Shown piece after piece: positions 1-16,140 of a DNA stretch of 64,000 nt; the stretch's first letter is position 1; each line of letters starts with the position of its first letter. The stretch covers positions 4,526,001 to 4,590,000 of the forward strand of contig NC_043017.1 in assembly GCF_006345805.1 (NCBI RefSeq), written 5' to 3'. A program made the position numbers and the translations under genes. The notes below the pieces were generated by a model that made no database searches, had not been told where the DNA came from, and saw only the letters and a program-made list of their open reading frames with translations. This DNA comes from Octopus sinensis (lineage: Eukaryota).

Positions 1-2
1 TC

Positions 3-152
<150 letters not shown>

Positions 153-888
153 CTCTATTGCTGTGATAAATCTTTCTGTGAAAGAATAGAAACCAGATGA
201 GCGTGATGTCTGTGATAGTTCATTTTATCAAAGAAGCATTTAACTAGATCAGGAGTCGGGGAACTTTTTTAACCAATTACCCCAAAACATAATTATGCCA
301 ACGTTACCCCTTTGATTTGAAAAGAAGAAAATCATAGATTCTTTAAATTTAAAAGGTTTATGGAATCTATTTACATGGAGAATAAAATTATAAACATAAA
401 AAGTATAAAACAAATGTGATAAAATATCCTGATTTTGAAACAAAAGGATTTTTCTAGAAACTTTTTCGCTTGAGGTTATGGAGAAATGATGTTGACAACG
501 CCTTAGCAACCAAATTGTTTGTAATTCAAAATGGCTTGATGTCTCTTAAATACTTGCATTACATTGGACAGATGCAGTGTTGCCAGAAAAAAAATTTCTG
601 TCATATCAAGGAACACATTTTTTTTATAGAACTTTATTTATGTCTAATGAATCCTCACCCCCAAGAATTTCATTTTTACCGACCCCTGAACTATATTCAC
701 CCTTGACAAAAAGACGAAAAAGAAAAAGCATGTAATATATGTATTATATCATTCTTTCAAAAAATCTCATTTAACCATTCATAATTTGTTGATATTGCAG
801 AGAAGCTGTATCTCTCAATCTTCATTCTGTGACAATAATTACTTATAATAGCATTTATAGGAAGCTATGCTTTATATAACCACTACAA

Positions 889-1030
889 CCGTGGCTGTGT
901 GAATATGAATTTTGCTTTGAAGCACATGGATTCAGGTTCTATCTCATTGTGTGGCACCATGGGCAAGTGTCTTCTATTGCAGCCTTGGGACGACCAATGC
1001 CCCTTGTGAATGTAATTGGTAGATTGAAGC
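889..1030 (+). mobile_element. Degenerate CORE-type SINE, 5' part
   Basis: gtggctgtgtg...ggcaccatgggcaagtgtcttctattgcagcc matches the intact copies at 58303 and 18783. Confidence 0.65.
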
Positions 1031-2843
1031 TGGTTTGTTTGTGTGTGTTTGCACATGCACATATGAACGTTTACATTCAGTGTGTCTTTTCTTGAGACAA
1101 TTTGAGAGAAATCTGGTTTGTCATGTTTGGCTCTTCCTTATACAAGACATTGTGTAACTCTGTCTTTGAGGACAAGTTGGAATAAAATAACAAAAAAAAA
1201 ATTTCTTTCTTAAAGTACAGGTAAGGCTTCGCAACTATCCCAATAAATCTCCATCCAAAAGCCAGGATATCCTGGAAAAGCAGGTGCAAAAATAAACTAT
1301 TACATTTTTAATAAAAGCATTCTTTAAGAACATCTGTATTTATTCTATATAACATATTTCCAGAAGAGAGGAAAGATACAATTGATTTGACATCATGGGT
1401 GAATAGCTAGAGAAAGGTATTCTCATAATTGACCATAGATTTTGGGTGAACACAAACCACATAAACATTTCATTATAATTCAAATGAATATATGTAAGAT
1501 CTCTTGATATTCTGAATTTTATGTATCAATGAGTGTAAGGAATGGAAAAGGTAAATAAAGGCTACAGTTGTTTCAAAATTAAATTTAATATGCCTTGCAT
1601 AACTCTGCTTTTTCTTGTCTATGCAAGCTGTGTACAAGCATGATGTTAACTAACTTCCTATATCAGGATTTTTTTGGGTTGCACTGCTCTATAACTGTTT
1701 TGTTCGTGCGCTTGTGAATGCTAACGGTATAGAAGTCTTCAGAATGGAAAAATTAAGGTTGAATTTGTTGCTCATGGATATCTCATTACCAGGTAAAAAA
1801 AGGTGTAAATGAATTTGCTAATACGCATTACAAATGAACTAATTAGCCAAATGAGGTGCAAAGCTTCTTAAAAAATCCACAAGTGAGAAACTTGTGTTTG
1901 AGGTTGAGTTAATATCAAAAAATCCCAGTAGGGCAAATAGTGTGTGGAAATTATGTGGGTGCACAGAAAATCACTTCAGGACCAGATTTTTGTATAATAT
2001 CTACGAGAGGCATAATGTCACATGGCAACCTTGATAATGTAGATGAGATGAAAAAAGCACCCAGTCCATGCTTATAAAGTGGTTGGCATTATGAATGGCA
2101 TCCAACTATAAAAAAAAAACCATGCCAAGGCAGATATTGTAGCTTGATGCAATTTGTAGACATCAAATCTTGTCAAACTGTCCAAACTATTGCCTACACG
2201 AGATGTGGACATTAAATGGTGATGACAAAAAAAAAAAAAAGATAAGAGAAATAAGATTGACCAGTGGCATGTATTTAAACAACATAGATAACTACAAGCA
2301 TATCAAATAATATGAAACACGAAATCCTGTTTTATTAAAATTATTTCTGCCTCTAAAAGCTGCATAATAGTTAGCAAATGGTAATTGAGATTCAATAATT
2401 CTCAAGCACTGACATGCCATTAAGACAAAGGACAAGCATTTTGTCTTAAAACTATATAAGAGGACAGTCATGGGCATATGTTTTTGGCTCGGCAAAGAGA
2501 CCGATAGAATAAGAAGTAGGTTTTAAAAATACAAGTCTGAGGGTCGATTTGTTCGACAAAACCCCTTCAGGATGGTGCACCAGCATGGCCGCAATCAAAT
2601 TACTGAAATAGTGAAAAATAAAAGACATTCCTACACATGCACGATAAAAGAAGTAAGCCGAAACTTCGACGTCGCTGTTAAGCTTTCCTTTGTAAAAAAT
2701 TATTAAATAAACGAGGACTGCACTAAAAGTGTTGGGTAATCCTTCACTTTATTGTGGACTTGTTTGTTTTTACATATAACTTGACATAAAAACAAACATT
2801 AATATGTGTGTGCTAGAAATACGCTGATATATTAACGCAGTTA

Positions 2844-3244
2844 AGGCGGCGAGCTGGCAGAAAAGATAGCACGCCGGAAGAAATACTTAGCGGTATTTCG
2901 TCAGCCGTTACGTTCTGAGTTCTAATTCCGCCGAGATCGACTTTGCCTTTCATCCTTTCCAGATCGATAAATTAAGGACCAGTTACGCACTGGGGTCGAT
3001 ATAATTGACTTAATTATTTTGTCCCCTCTGTGTTTAGCCCCTTGTGGGTAGTAAAGAAATAGGTATTTCGTCTGCTGCTACGTTCTGAGTTCAAATTCCA
3101 CCGAGGTCGACTTTGCCTTTCATCCTTTCGGGATTGATTAAATAAACACCAGTTACACACTAGGGTCGATATAATCGACTTAATCCGTTGTCTGTCCTTG
3201 TTTGTCCCCTCTATGTTTAGCCCCTTGTGGGTAGTAAAGAAATA
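2844..3244 (+). mobile_element. tRNA-head SINE (family A), dimeric form
   Basis: Head aggcggcgagctggcagaa...gttctgagtt, then a second 3' unit from about 3062. Perfect 18-bp TSD gatatattaacgcagtta at 2826-2843 and 3245-3262. Confidence 0.85.
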
Positions 3245-3259
3245 GATATATTAACGCAG

Positions 3260-3452
3260 TTATTTCGTATCGAAACTGCGGCTAAATAACATTAGTCGTC
3301 TTCATTGCTTTATTACGAAACTACCGCTGAATATGGAAGACGTGCAGTGGTCTTGTGCTGGAGGAACCGTTTAAAAAACTCAATTTAAATCTTTTTTTCG
3401 TTGTTTTATGTAAAAGTACAACTCAGGCATTCATTATTTCAATCTAAATATG
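3260..3452 (+). promoter_or_regulatory. Putative promoter / non-coding first exon of the 5961 ZNF gene
   Basis: Motif ttatttcgtatcgaaactgcggctaaa recurs upstream of two other ZNF genes (11725, 20261). Donor-like atg|gtaagt at 3453. Confidence 0.4.
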
Positions 3453-3690
3453 GTAAGTTAGCCAAGATTTGCATTAACGTTGTATTATTGTGCATGTGTA
3501 ATTGAAATATTCGGTTCTTGGGGCGTAAGACAAATTATGTGAACTTGGAATCATTTTCATGTCCTACGGTTTTCTTACGTAATTATATACTCAGTAATTA
3601 AGGAGTTTGTGGGAAAATAATGATAATTAATTATGATGATAATAATCTTTTCTTCTATCGGCACAAGTTATAAAATTTGGGGGAAAGGAA

Positions 3691-3935
3691 GGTACTACTT
3701 GAGAACAGTGGTCCAGGTGCGCGTAGTCGCGCATCCGCGCTAGCTAGTCGTGACTAGTCGATCCTACAACGACTACTTAGCACAGTAAATAAAACACAAA
3801 ATAAATAATTTTTTTACACAAAGTAAATAATTTGTGTCAAACAGTAAATAACACAAAAACACAAAGTAAGGATCGACTAGTCATGACTAGCTATCGCGAG
3901 TGCGCGCACTGGGACCACTGTTCTCAAGTAGTACC
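3691..3935. mobile_element. Non-autonomous Merlin-type MITE
   Basis: Long TIRs beginning GGTACTACTTGAGAACAGTGGTCC. 8-bp TSD gaaaggaa/gaaaggag. Inserted into a degenerate SINE. Confidence 0.8.
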
Positions 3936-5294
3936 GAAAGGAGCTTGTTGATTACATGGATCTCGGTGCTCAACTGGTATTTATTCCGTCGACCCCGAAA
4001 AGTCCACGTTTGCGGAATTTGAATCCAGAATATAAATACAGACGAAATGTCGCTAAAACATTTTGATAATAATCGTTTCGGTATCAAATCGCTGAGGATT
4101 TACGAAAAAAATCGAGGACGAAACAAAGCGAGGTTACATGAAAAATAGCAATAACAATTTTTAACAAAAGAGAGAGAGAGACTTCGGAGGGGGACTTTTG
4201 GAAATGAAACAGAAGAATGATAGTGATCGTGACTTCATCCACCCCACAATATGCTGCTAGAAGTCACCAAAACCAACTTGATGTGTCTAAAGTGTATGTT
4301 TTTATCATTAAATATTCCGTTCGCTGCAACATCTAAAACGTCCTTCACATCGTCATCCTACTTATTGTAGGAATCTATTTTCCTTACCTTAATTTAGATT
4401 ATCGATCTGAATATTTTAAGTCTTCTTTGTTAATGAGTCATGGTAAAGGTTTTGTATATTTGCAATTTAAACATTTCATTTACGTCAAAACTACACAATT
4501 ATGTTTGGAAAAAGACAAAAAAAGGCGGGGTGGGGGAAACGTTGCAATGGGAGCGAGAATGATTTTTTAAAAATTCAAAATGGTTAGATTATTATCCATA
4601 CAAGAACTGGTGGTGGTTCTCTCAGTTCATATTCGGAAAACTAGTTTGTGTCAAATAGTTTCGTTAAATATGTAATGGAGTGGTTACCAGTATGTAATGG
4701 TTGTTGTGTATGTAGAAGGTGAAGATGATGTTGATTCCATGAAAGAAAGACAGTGGCCGGAGTTGTAGATAACATATTTATTTCTCCATTACATATAATT
4801 AAAGCCAACTCACCACGTACAGGCGTGTATAAAAACAATGGGTAAGCTTACGAGATAACGAGAGTTATATTTTCCTAGACTTACCTATTCCCTGTCGTTC
4901 TAGCAGCCGTAACTCAATAAAGCAAGTGATGTTGTCGAAAGTAAGAGAGTGGTAGACGGGACAACTGTATCGTTGGTGAATTCCAAAGCTGTCCCTCTTT
5001 GATGTTCTGTCGAGATGGTATTTCGAACTGGTTGTCCTGCTTTCTGTTGGTCGCCCTCACTAACTAACTTGACTCTAAAACCACTTCTTATGAAGTGGTT
5101 TTAGGGTTAAATTTTGACTGCTATCTCTAGAATGGTGGTATCTTTCAGATACGCCTTAATTATAATTTTAATAATAATTAATACCTATAAGGTTTTTATT
5201 CCAATGCTGGCCACCTGATATGATCGATATTTTAAGTAACAATCTTATCCTTATTTATAGGATAAGATTGTTATTATAGGGTATTTATATTTCA

Positions 5295-5447
5295 GGCTTC
5301 TATCGGTTTCCGTCTACCAAATCCACTCACAAGGCCTTGGTCATTCTGAAGCTATAGTAGAAGACACTTGCCCAAAGTGCCCTGCAGTGGGACTGAACCC
5401 AGAACCATGTGGTTGGGATGCAAACGTCTTACCATACAACCACACCT
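5295..5447 (-). mobile_element. CORE-type SINE, 5' half
   Basis: tttccgtctaccaaatccactcacaagg...agaagacacttgcccaa...gggactgaaccc, same family as 18783 and 61349. Confidence 0.8.
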
Positions 5448-5909
5448 ACAAGATGTAATCTACAAACATGTAGACTTCTTAAAAGGTTGTAATGATGCAC
5501 TTTTAGTTACAAATTAAAAAGTAAAGTTCCATTACTTGCAAAAGTTAATAGCTACAGCTTATCAACTTTCCATGTATGTAGTAAGATTTTGTTTATTACT
5601 TCCATATTTTTTAAAGTATCCTCTATATCTTAAACCATTTATTTATTATTTCAGAATACCATGTGATATTGCAGTAAAGGAGTCCTTACTTAAGATGCAC
5701 CAATGAGTTTTATTGTTAACTATTAAAACCTGTAAAATGTTATACTGAATGGACCCATTATATGATTCTGGGATCAAGTTACTGTGAGATTCTTAATCAA
5801 ACTTTGATGAGGAGATGTTCATGAAACTTCAAGCGTCTTCAGATATTGGCAGAGATGCACAGATAATGGAAATACATCACTGAAATATTTGTTAGAAATA
5901 AAATATTAA

Positions 5910-7075
<1,166 letters not shown>

Positions 7076-7892
7076 TAGCTGTGATTCATTCTCTCAAAAT
7101 TTGTCTCTGAACTCGATATTTATTTATTCCTGTCTTGTATAACCATTATTAAATTTACAAAGCAAAATTATATAATGATGTCATCAAAACCTCTCAACAT
7201 TATATTTTGTACGACACCACAACTATCTCGACAGTGATGAGGAAGCCTTAGGTGCTTTCCAAATACTCATACATATTCCATTACACATTCTATGACTTAT
7301 TTGACATTTTGTATAAATGCTCAAAAATATATTTACATATTATTATCATAAATTATAAATTACATCATTGTACAGTTATTGTGTTACGAGCAAATACACA
7401 AGCCATTTAAAGACAAGAATTCGACATACAATAAATAGGATATACACACACACACACAGAGTCTGATATATATTCTTCTATGTATCTTATGCATATTCTG
7501 TTTGAAATTCTATGAAATGGATGATACTGTCAGTAAGATTTTATACAATTTTATATATTTTTTTCATTTATAAAATAATTTGTGAGTTGATTAAGCTGAA
7601 TGTTAATTTACAAGCATCTTTGAAACCTTAAACTTAATATAAATTCTAAATGAGTGATATAATATGTTGTAATCATTGGTGTCAGCTTCATCATCATCAT
7701 CATAATAAATATTTAAATCTCCATTCTGTGTTGTAGTACATCCCTTTCAGGTTATTTCAGGTTATTATGTCAAATGTAATATTTATTTATTTAAATTGTT
7801 TTAAATTAATCATGCATTATCTCATAGCTTTGAGATTTCAATGATGGGTTGTTTATTTTTAGAATTTAACAGTTATTTTTTCCAAAGCTATA

Positions 7893-8059
7893 ATAGAAGT
7901 GACAAAGGAACATATTTGGCATATTTTGCTTTATGAGTTCAATAAAGGCAACAACGCAACGATAAGTGCAAGGAATATTGATGAGTATTTGTGGATCAGA
8001 TAATAAGTGTAAGCCAGTGTAAATGGTGAATCCAGAAATTCCAAACTGGAAACTACAGT
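7893..8059 (+). mobile_element. Mariner transposase N-terminal (HTH) fragment, degenerate
   Basis: Reads (I)EVTKEHIWHILLYEFNKGNNATISARNI, then after a frameshift ISVSQCKW*IQKFQTGNYS. This is a typical mariner N-terminus. Confidence 0.75.
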
Positions 8060-9011
<952 letters not shown>

Positions 9012-9197
9012 TATCTGTGGTAAATGTATTCATACAAGGAAGTAGATATAACTGTGTGATAACAAACTCCTAACACTATTATGAAATGGAAGAAAGATAT
9101 AACTATAAAAGAAAATATTTCATCTTAACATAATACAGGATATATTTACTATATCTTATATATAACCTGGATGTTATATGCATCCATTTGTATACAT

Positions 9198-9344
9198 TCA
9201 TCATCATCGTTTAACGTCCGCTGGCAAACCAGATTGCTGCACCAGGCTCCAATCTTGATCTGGCAGAGTTTCTAAAGTTGGATGACCTTCCTAACGCCAA
9301 CCACTCCGAGAGTGTAGTGGGTGCTTTTTACGTGCCACCGGCAC
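9198..9344 (-). mobile_element. RTE-like LINE 3' tail fragment
   Basis: catcatcatcgtttaacgtcc...ggatgaccttcctaacgccaaccactccgagagtgtagtgggtgct, same family as 52957. Confidence 0.75.
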
Positions 9345-10139
9345 ATTGTAGTGTGACTATCTGTGTATGTATCCCAGTAAAGCTGTTTCTGCTATTGCTA
9401 AATTTTATATAATTTTCTTTGAAGCATGATTCTTTATGACTTATGTTTTAGTTGGTTGTATCAACGTAACCTTAAATTTGATATAAATGCAAAGTGGATG
9501 GTGGCCTGGTGTGAACATCTGGCCGTGTGTGGAATTTCCTCAATTGTTATCAAAAGGTTGCACCATCTCTCTTCCTTTCTGAGACAGAAAATAGACATGA
9601 AACAACTCAAGCACCCTCCGACTCTCCCTTCTTCCTTTCAGAAGCAAAGTTTTGGGTTTGACATCATCAGTTTTGGCACAATTAAGAATCAGTCTGGAAA
9701 TATTGATGAGATTCTTGTGCTGTGGTGAGTAGATGTATGCTAGACGCAAGAGGTAAAGTGGACAATTTTCTCGTTAGGAAGAAACACAAATGCATATTAT
9801 TCTGGTTGGGTAACATCACTGTAGCATCGACATATTGTTGGTAGAGAGAGACAGGTAGATAAAGTAAGTGATACATTCAGAGTTATTGAGTTTAGACCAG
9901 TAATAAGCAATAGTAATTTTCACATATGCACCACAATCAGAACTGACAGATGAACAAGAGAAAAAACCCCTTCCTATAAGGCTTCCTTATAGACAGCACA
10001 ATAATAGATGACAATAACCTCATAATCATGCTTTGCAACTTTAATGGAAACGTTTAGCAACACCATGATGGCTCTCCCAATGACCAAGGAGGTTATGAAT
10101 ATTGAAACATAATCAAGAGTGATTAAGTTTCTTGGGGGT

Positions 10140-10580
10140 CTATGATTCAGTTGACTTAAAGTTTTGCAATGCTAACTTGAGGAAACTGACCCATTCCCTG
10201 ATCACCTTACCATAAAATGAGATGGATGTTTGTGGATACTAAAACTTTCTACAATGAAGGACATATCACTCAACATATTCTAGTGATTTATTCAGAGTAA
10301 GAACCAGATCTCGATTCAGAGAAGTATAAGTAATATGTATGGGAAAGAGAATAGGACCTGCTGGGAATTTTTACATGAGACCCTGATGTATGCCGTTGAC
10401 CAAATCTCAAATCTATAGATGGCCAAGCAGAAGCTGATGTAGTGTTGGAGATGTATAATAGACAAAGCTATAGTAAGTGAAGATAGGCCTAGGAAAGAAT
10501 GGAAGAGAGGAGCAAGGAATATCTATTAACTGAAAGAGAAGTTAGACATCTAGTTTATTTAGCAAGGAGGGAAGCAAAAG
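10140..10580 (+). mobile_element. Highly degenerate RTE-like LINE internal fragment
   Basis: Short peptide remnants (NLRKLTHSLIT, SDLFRVRT, VYLARREAK-like) in broken frames. Confidence 0.4.
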
Positions 10581-11245
10581 TTAGATTTACCACAGAAAGT
10601 AATGCCAATGTTTAAACAAACCTCAACTAATGGCGCAGGAGTGGCTGTGTGGTAAGTAGCTGGCTATGTAATAAAGGTCTCAAATTTTGCCACAATGGCA
10701 GCAATTTGAGGGAGGGGAGTAGTCGATTACATCAACTGGTACTCAATTTACCGACCCCAAAAGGATAAAAGTCAAAGTCGACCTCGGCGGAATTTGAACT
10801 CAGAATGAAGTGACGGGTGAAATACTGCTTAGCATTTCGTCCAGTTCGCCGCCTTACATTGCAATGTAATAATTGTAGAAATAAAGTTCAAAATATACAA
10901 TGTTTTAATTACTTGAATTATATAAATAATAATTAAATTATATATTATGCGGCATACCAACAGAATTGTGCTCCCATCCCTGACTTTGTTTTCTCGTAAT
11001 TTTCAGAAAAATGGATATTTTTTAATTAAATTTTCTACATATACACTTCAGGTGATGCAGAATACGATTATATCGGAATTTAATGTGTAAAAAATAGTTT
11101 GTGGGCACGCACACATACATACCCACTCACATTACATATCTATGAAATGAAACTTGAAATTGTGGAAAACATTTGTGTGCGTCCACCTTTTTTTTCCTTT
11201 TTTTTTTTTGTTTTTCATATTAAATTCCAATATAATTGTATTCTA

Positions 11246-11487
11246 GGATCTTTACCTTTTGGCCGACAGATTTTTAAAATATTTTTTTGTAACTAAACAC
11301 TTTCAAACTTCGGACACTGGTAGAATGTGTCATATAAAACATCTTTTACTCTTAGCATTTTTGAGAAAAATTTATTTTTACGAAGTAATTTCACGTTAAA
11401 GTATGCTAAGAGTAAAAGATGTTGTATATGACACATTCTACCAAAAAAATTAATTTTTTAAATCTGTAAGTCAAAAGGTAAAGATCC
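11246..11487. mobile_element. GG-ended MITE with 8-bp TSD (Merlin-type), largely palindromic
   Basis: TIRs ggatctttaccttttg / caaaaggtaaagatcc. Perfect TSD gtattcta at 11238-11245 and 11488-11495. Internal ~40-bp inverted arms. Confidence 0.8.
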
Positions 11488-11724
11488 GTATTCTAAACCA
11501 TCTGAAAAGTATTTGTAGAAAATTTCATTAAAATAAATATAAATTTTTCTGAAAGTCTTGAGGAAACAAAATCGGTTGAAGCACATTTTTGTAGATATGT
11601 AGTTATTGTGTTTTATTTTCTGCATGATCTCCTGGTCCGTGAAAAAATTGTATTTCGCGAAATTGATGCAAAAACCAGTCGAGGGGCACTGTTTGAGATA
11701 ATTGATATTTTACACACACGCATA

Positions 11725-11930
11725 TTATTTCGTCAGCGAAACTGTGGCTGAAGATGAAATATCAGCTTCATTGTTTGATACCAACAAGAAATAAATCTGA
11801 AAATCTTGAAACGTTGATGTCAAAGAGTTAAAAGTTATTAATTAAAACCTCTGAAAATCTCAATTTAACGAGGAGATGGTTTGGTAAAAGGGTAAAACAC
11901 TAACTAGTTCACTGTTTACATCTCAACTCG
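11725..11930 (+). promoter_or_regulatory. Putative promoter / non-coding first exon of the 13528 ZNF gene
   Basis: ttatttcgtcagcgaaactgtggctgaa motif; donor-like tcg|gtaagt at 11931. Confidence 0.4.
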
Positions 11931-12031
11931 GTAAGTTGATGAAGATTTGCTCTCTAAGGTTGTAATTGTGTAAATCGGAATTAGGTTTCTGTTGGAGGAT
12001 GAAGTAATTAAACGAAAGTGAACCTGTAAAT

Positions 12032-12200
12032 ATACCTAATTCTTTACTACCCACAAGGGGTTAAACACAGAGGGGACAAACAGACGGATTAAGTCGACCC
12101 CAGTGCGCAACTGGTACTTAATTTATCGACCCCGAAAGGATGAAAGGCAAAGTCGACTTCGATGGAATTCGAACTCGGGACGTAGCGGCAGACGAAATAC
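12032..12200 (-). mobile_element. SINE family A, headless 3' unit
   Basis: Reverse complement of gtatttcgtctgccgctacg...gggtagtaaagaattaggtat. Confidence 0.75.
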
Positions 12201-13527
12201 TGCTAACATGTAAATAACATTGGAAGAAAGGTGTATCGTCATGTCGATATTTACAGACAGGATCTACTATCGAACTGGAATTTTGATCTGTTATTTCTGA
12301 GAACTATGGATCGAAAATAAATTCCATTTTATTTAAATCAAAAACAGGTTGTGTCGACTGTAAACATTTGATCGAATTTTATACCTGAGTATACAAACGA
12401 AATTTCAAGTATTGACACGAGGATCACACCATTGCTTATTTCATCAAACCCATAAGTATGAAAAGAACGAGATTTTCGTAATTGGCAATTAAAACTGCAT
12501 CTTTGTAGATTTTGTTTTTAAATTGGTTCAGTGAAATAAACAGAAAAGATCCAAAATTAGTCGGAGGTCTATATTGCTTTCTTCATTCCATGCAATCTGT
12601 TTCGGCTTTACTTATAATATTTTCCTCTTTAGGGAAGTATATTTCACTTTCACACCTTACCTCTTCGTGTCCCTAAAGTAGCTGCACATAAAGAAGCTAC
12701 AACGATAATTTCAAAGTAATAATAAACTACTCGGGGGGTTCAGACCTGCTAGAAAACGCAACCAAGTTTCCGTGAAACTTGATTTTCTCGTCATGAAATG
12801 GAGGCGTATATCGAATAATATAATCCGAGGTATGTAGTGCCTGAAAGGACTATGGTTGGTCATGGCTGGAATACTGTTGATTGTTTATCTGCTCAGTGAG
12901 GATTATAAGAAATCTAGAGGAAAGAATATTATTATGTACCATTCTGTAGTTTGACATTTATAATATTGCTCAATGTGAAGGTGCTGTCTGTGAATACGTA
13001 AATTTCACACGAGTTTCATTGATATAATTTTAGTAAATTAAGAAAACTAAAATCCAGTTGTTACAGTTTTTCTCAAGTCTGTCAATATAGAAACGTAGTA
13101 AAATTTCCACTATTAAATTCCTACTTTTTAAGTATTCTCTATATCTTTATTATTTCGCTTTTATTTCAGAATATCAAATGTAATTGGCATAAAAATCATT
13201 TTCGAGATGCATTATCAATGTTTATCGTCTTTGAAACACCGAAGGGAGATTATGCAGAAGATATGTAACTCTGCTTACATAAATCAGGAGTAGAGTTCCT
13301 AAAAAAATATTTCCACCAAGTAAGATTATTTGCAAGGGGCTTCGGCTTCATTGTCTGCAATATGTACAAGATGATTTTACATCCTTTGGACAAACTTACA
13401 AAACCTTCAGATATGAACAAGGATCATAGACAATGGAAACAGCCGTAAGAATATTTTTTAGGAACAAAAAATATAAAAGAAGTAAAAGAGAATATCATCT
13501 GTAAATAGTGGTGAGAGAAGAAAAATT

Positions 13528-14475
13528 ATGGCAAACGAAATAAATGAGAAAAAGGTAAAATATAAAACAGGATCTAAAAAGATTGATTTTCCTGATGAGA
13601 CATTCAAAGAGATAGGAAAAACATTGTACCACTGTGATATCTGTAAAAAGTCATTTTCTCAAAATGGTAACCTAACTACTCACAAACGTATTCACACAGG
13701 AGAGAAACCATATAACTGTGACATCTGTGGTAAATCCTTCACTCAAAGTGGGGTCTTGACTAAACACAAACGGATCCATACAGGGGAGAAACCATATTAC
13801 TGTAATATTTGTGATAAATCCTTCTCTCAGATGTGGGTCTTAACTAAACACAAACGGATCCATACAGGAGAGAAACCATATCACTGTAATATCTGTGGTA
13901 AATCATTCTCACAGAATTGTAATTTAACTAAACACAAACGAATTCATACTGGAGAAAAGCCATATCACTGTGATATCTGTGATAAATCCTTTTCTGAAAG
14001 TAGTAACTTAACCGCTCATATACGCATTCATACAGGGGAAAAACCTTATTGTTGTGACATCTGTGGTAAATCTTTCTCTGGAAATTGTGACTTAACTAAA
14101 CACAGACATATTCACACACGAGAGAAGCCGTATGAATGTGATATTTGTGGTAAATCCTTTTCTAGAAATGGTGAATTAACTTCTCATGTACGCATTCATA
14201 CAGGAGAGAAACCTTATGACTGCGACATCTGTGATAAAGCATTCTCTCGAAATAGTGAATTGGTTACTCACATACGCATTCATACGGGAGAGAAGCCATA
14301 TCACTGTGATATCTGTGGCAAATCATTCACTCAGAATCATCATGTAATTAAACACAAACGCACTCATACAGGAGAAAAGCCATATCTCTGTGATGTCTGT
14401 GGCAAATCATTCTCTCTCACTGGTAACTTAACCAGACACAAGTATGTACATACAGAAGAGAAGCCATATGACTGA
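13528..14475 (+). CDS. C2H2 zinc-finger protein, 315 aa, 10 tandem fingers
   Basis: ATG-initiated ORF with leader [20 protein letters not shown] and CxxC-12-HxxxH repeats joined by TGEKPY linkers. Acceptor tttcag at 13169. Confidence 0.93.
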   Translation: MANEINEKKVKYKTGSKKIDFPDETFKEIGKTLYHCDICKKSFSQNGNLTTHKRIHTGEKPYNCDICGKSFTQSGVLTKHKRIHTGEKPYYCNICDKSFSQMWVLTKHKRIHTGEKPYHCNICGKSFSQNCNLTKHKRIHTGEKPYHCDICDKSFSESSNLTAHIRIHTGEKPYCCDICGKSFSGNCDLTKHRHIHTREKPYECDICGKSFSRNGELTSHVRIHTGEKPYDCDICDKAFSRNSELVTHIRIHTGEKPYHCDICGKSFTQNHHVIKHKRTHTGEKPYLCDVCGKSFSLTGNLTRHKYVHTEEKPYD

Positions 14476-14570
14476 TATTCTTGGAAAATAATTCTCTTTA
14501 AAAAAATCGTGAAACTACACACCTAAGTAGTCTTTACAAAAATAACTATCAGTATAGCAAGTTATTCAAA

Positions 14571-14588
14571 TATATATATGTGTGTATG

Positions 14589-14638
<50 letters not shown>

Positions 14639-14660
14639 TAGACATATGTATATATATATG
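14571..14660. repeat. (TA)n microsatellite
   Basis: Pure TA run at about 14593-14636 with degenerate flanks. Confidence 0.95.
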
Positions 14661-14917
14661 TAACTTAGAATAACTTAAAAAGGTTTTGGCAAGTATTGGC
14701 CCAGGCCATGTCTAACTTAATAGCACCACCTGGTGAAGTCTTTCAATTCAGGATTTGGGCACCAAGGCCCATTCGAGCAGAGAGTTATTGTTTGCGGAGA
14801 CATATCCGGGTGTGGGTGGTTTGTCCGGGACTGTTTAAAGAAATTTGTCCAAAGACTTCTTGAATTTTGTGTGGTCAGTTTCTGTTTTGACGTGTTCTGG
14901 TGTAATATATATATATA

Positions 14918-15134
14918 CGAGGTGGTGCTGGAAAGTTCATGGCTTTAAGGGTATCACAAAGGGCCTGGCTGGAGGACCAACCTTCCGAGTTCTTTTACAG
15001 GGCTTAGAAAAACTGAAGGACCACTGCAACAAATGTGTGAATCTGAGAGGGGGACATGTTGAATTATATCAAAATTAACTGATCCTTCTGTATTTTCTTT
15101 TACCCAAAACCAGGAACTTTTCAGCACCCCCTTG
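14918..15134 (+). mobile_element. Internally deleted mariner element
   Basis: TIRs cgaggtggtgctggaaagttc / gaacttttcagcacccccttg with TA on both sides. Mariner C-terminal remnant GLEKLKDHCNKCVNLRGGHVE. Confidence 0.75.
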
Positions 15135-15644
15135 TATCTGTTAAGATCATAAATGTATTTACATAGTTACGAAAATATAACAATGTGATAACAACCTCCC
15201 AAAATGATATTCCTCATCATGTGATTGGTACAGCCTATCGTTGGGATGCCATTCACAGCTATATCTTCATTGGTGAGATGATTTAGCACTGCAACTTCTT
15301 TTAATAGATGCATTCACTCAGAATTCTCATATATATTTCATGTAACACATTTCCAGAAGTGGGGGGGGGGGGGAATGCTGACCATTCATTTGACATTGTT
15401 GGTAGATTGCTGAAAAATATTTTCTAATAAATCATTATTGCAACTGTTATCAATGCATAAACCATGCAAAAGTACTTCAATATACCATAATCATATATGT
15501 AATAAACAATATACCATAATCATATGTAAATATGATTGTGGTGTATTCTGGATTTTATGTACATTATTTTTGCTGTAAAATCTATTTAGTAAATAACCCA
15601 TCAAGGAAAGGATTCTCTTCTTGATTTATGTTATTTTATCATTT

Positions 15645-16042
15645 ACTGGCAGTATCGCCCGGCGTTGCTCGGGTTTGTAAGGGAAATAACTATATAAGCA
15701 TTTTTAGAGATGTTAAATATAATAGCATCTCAATATGGCTAACCACAAAGGGGGGGGGGGTTACTGTAGCTTTTTACGTTCTGAGATTTGATAATAAATT
15801 TTTAGAGAGTTACTTCCCTTATATATGCCAAAAATGCATTAAAAATGGGAAAAATTGATGGTAAATTTTTTTTAAATCGTAAACTCATCGTAGACATGTG
15901 CTAATACCCAGAAGGGCTCGATGTGAATCACGACTATAAGATACCCGGTTTTGGTTAAACTGCACTGCAAAATGTGGGAGTAGTTAGGAATCTAAATCGT
16001 AGGAGACAGACAGCACACAACCTCACTTTTATATATAAAGAT
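15645..16042 (+). mobile_element. Non-autonomous Helitron-like (HINE/Lep1-style) element
   Basis: 5' cagtatcgcccggcgttgctcggg hairpin and 3' ttttatatataaagat. Shares its 5' end with 50930. Confidence 0.55.
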
Positions 16043-16140
16043 ATGATAATGATTCCTTCATGACTTGATTAATAAGCCAAATATTAATTTTTTATGTTTC
16101 AATGTAAACTTCATTTTAATATATATATGCAACCTAGGAA

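Noticed and set aside
5066-5113. 22-bp imperfect hairpin (19/22)
   Set aside because: Short, single, with no boundaries or context; likely a TE remnant.
9540-9876. Minus-strand ORFs 9540-9749 and 9682-9876 as a possible transposase fragment
   Set aside because: I could not recognise any motif; left unassigned.
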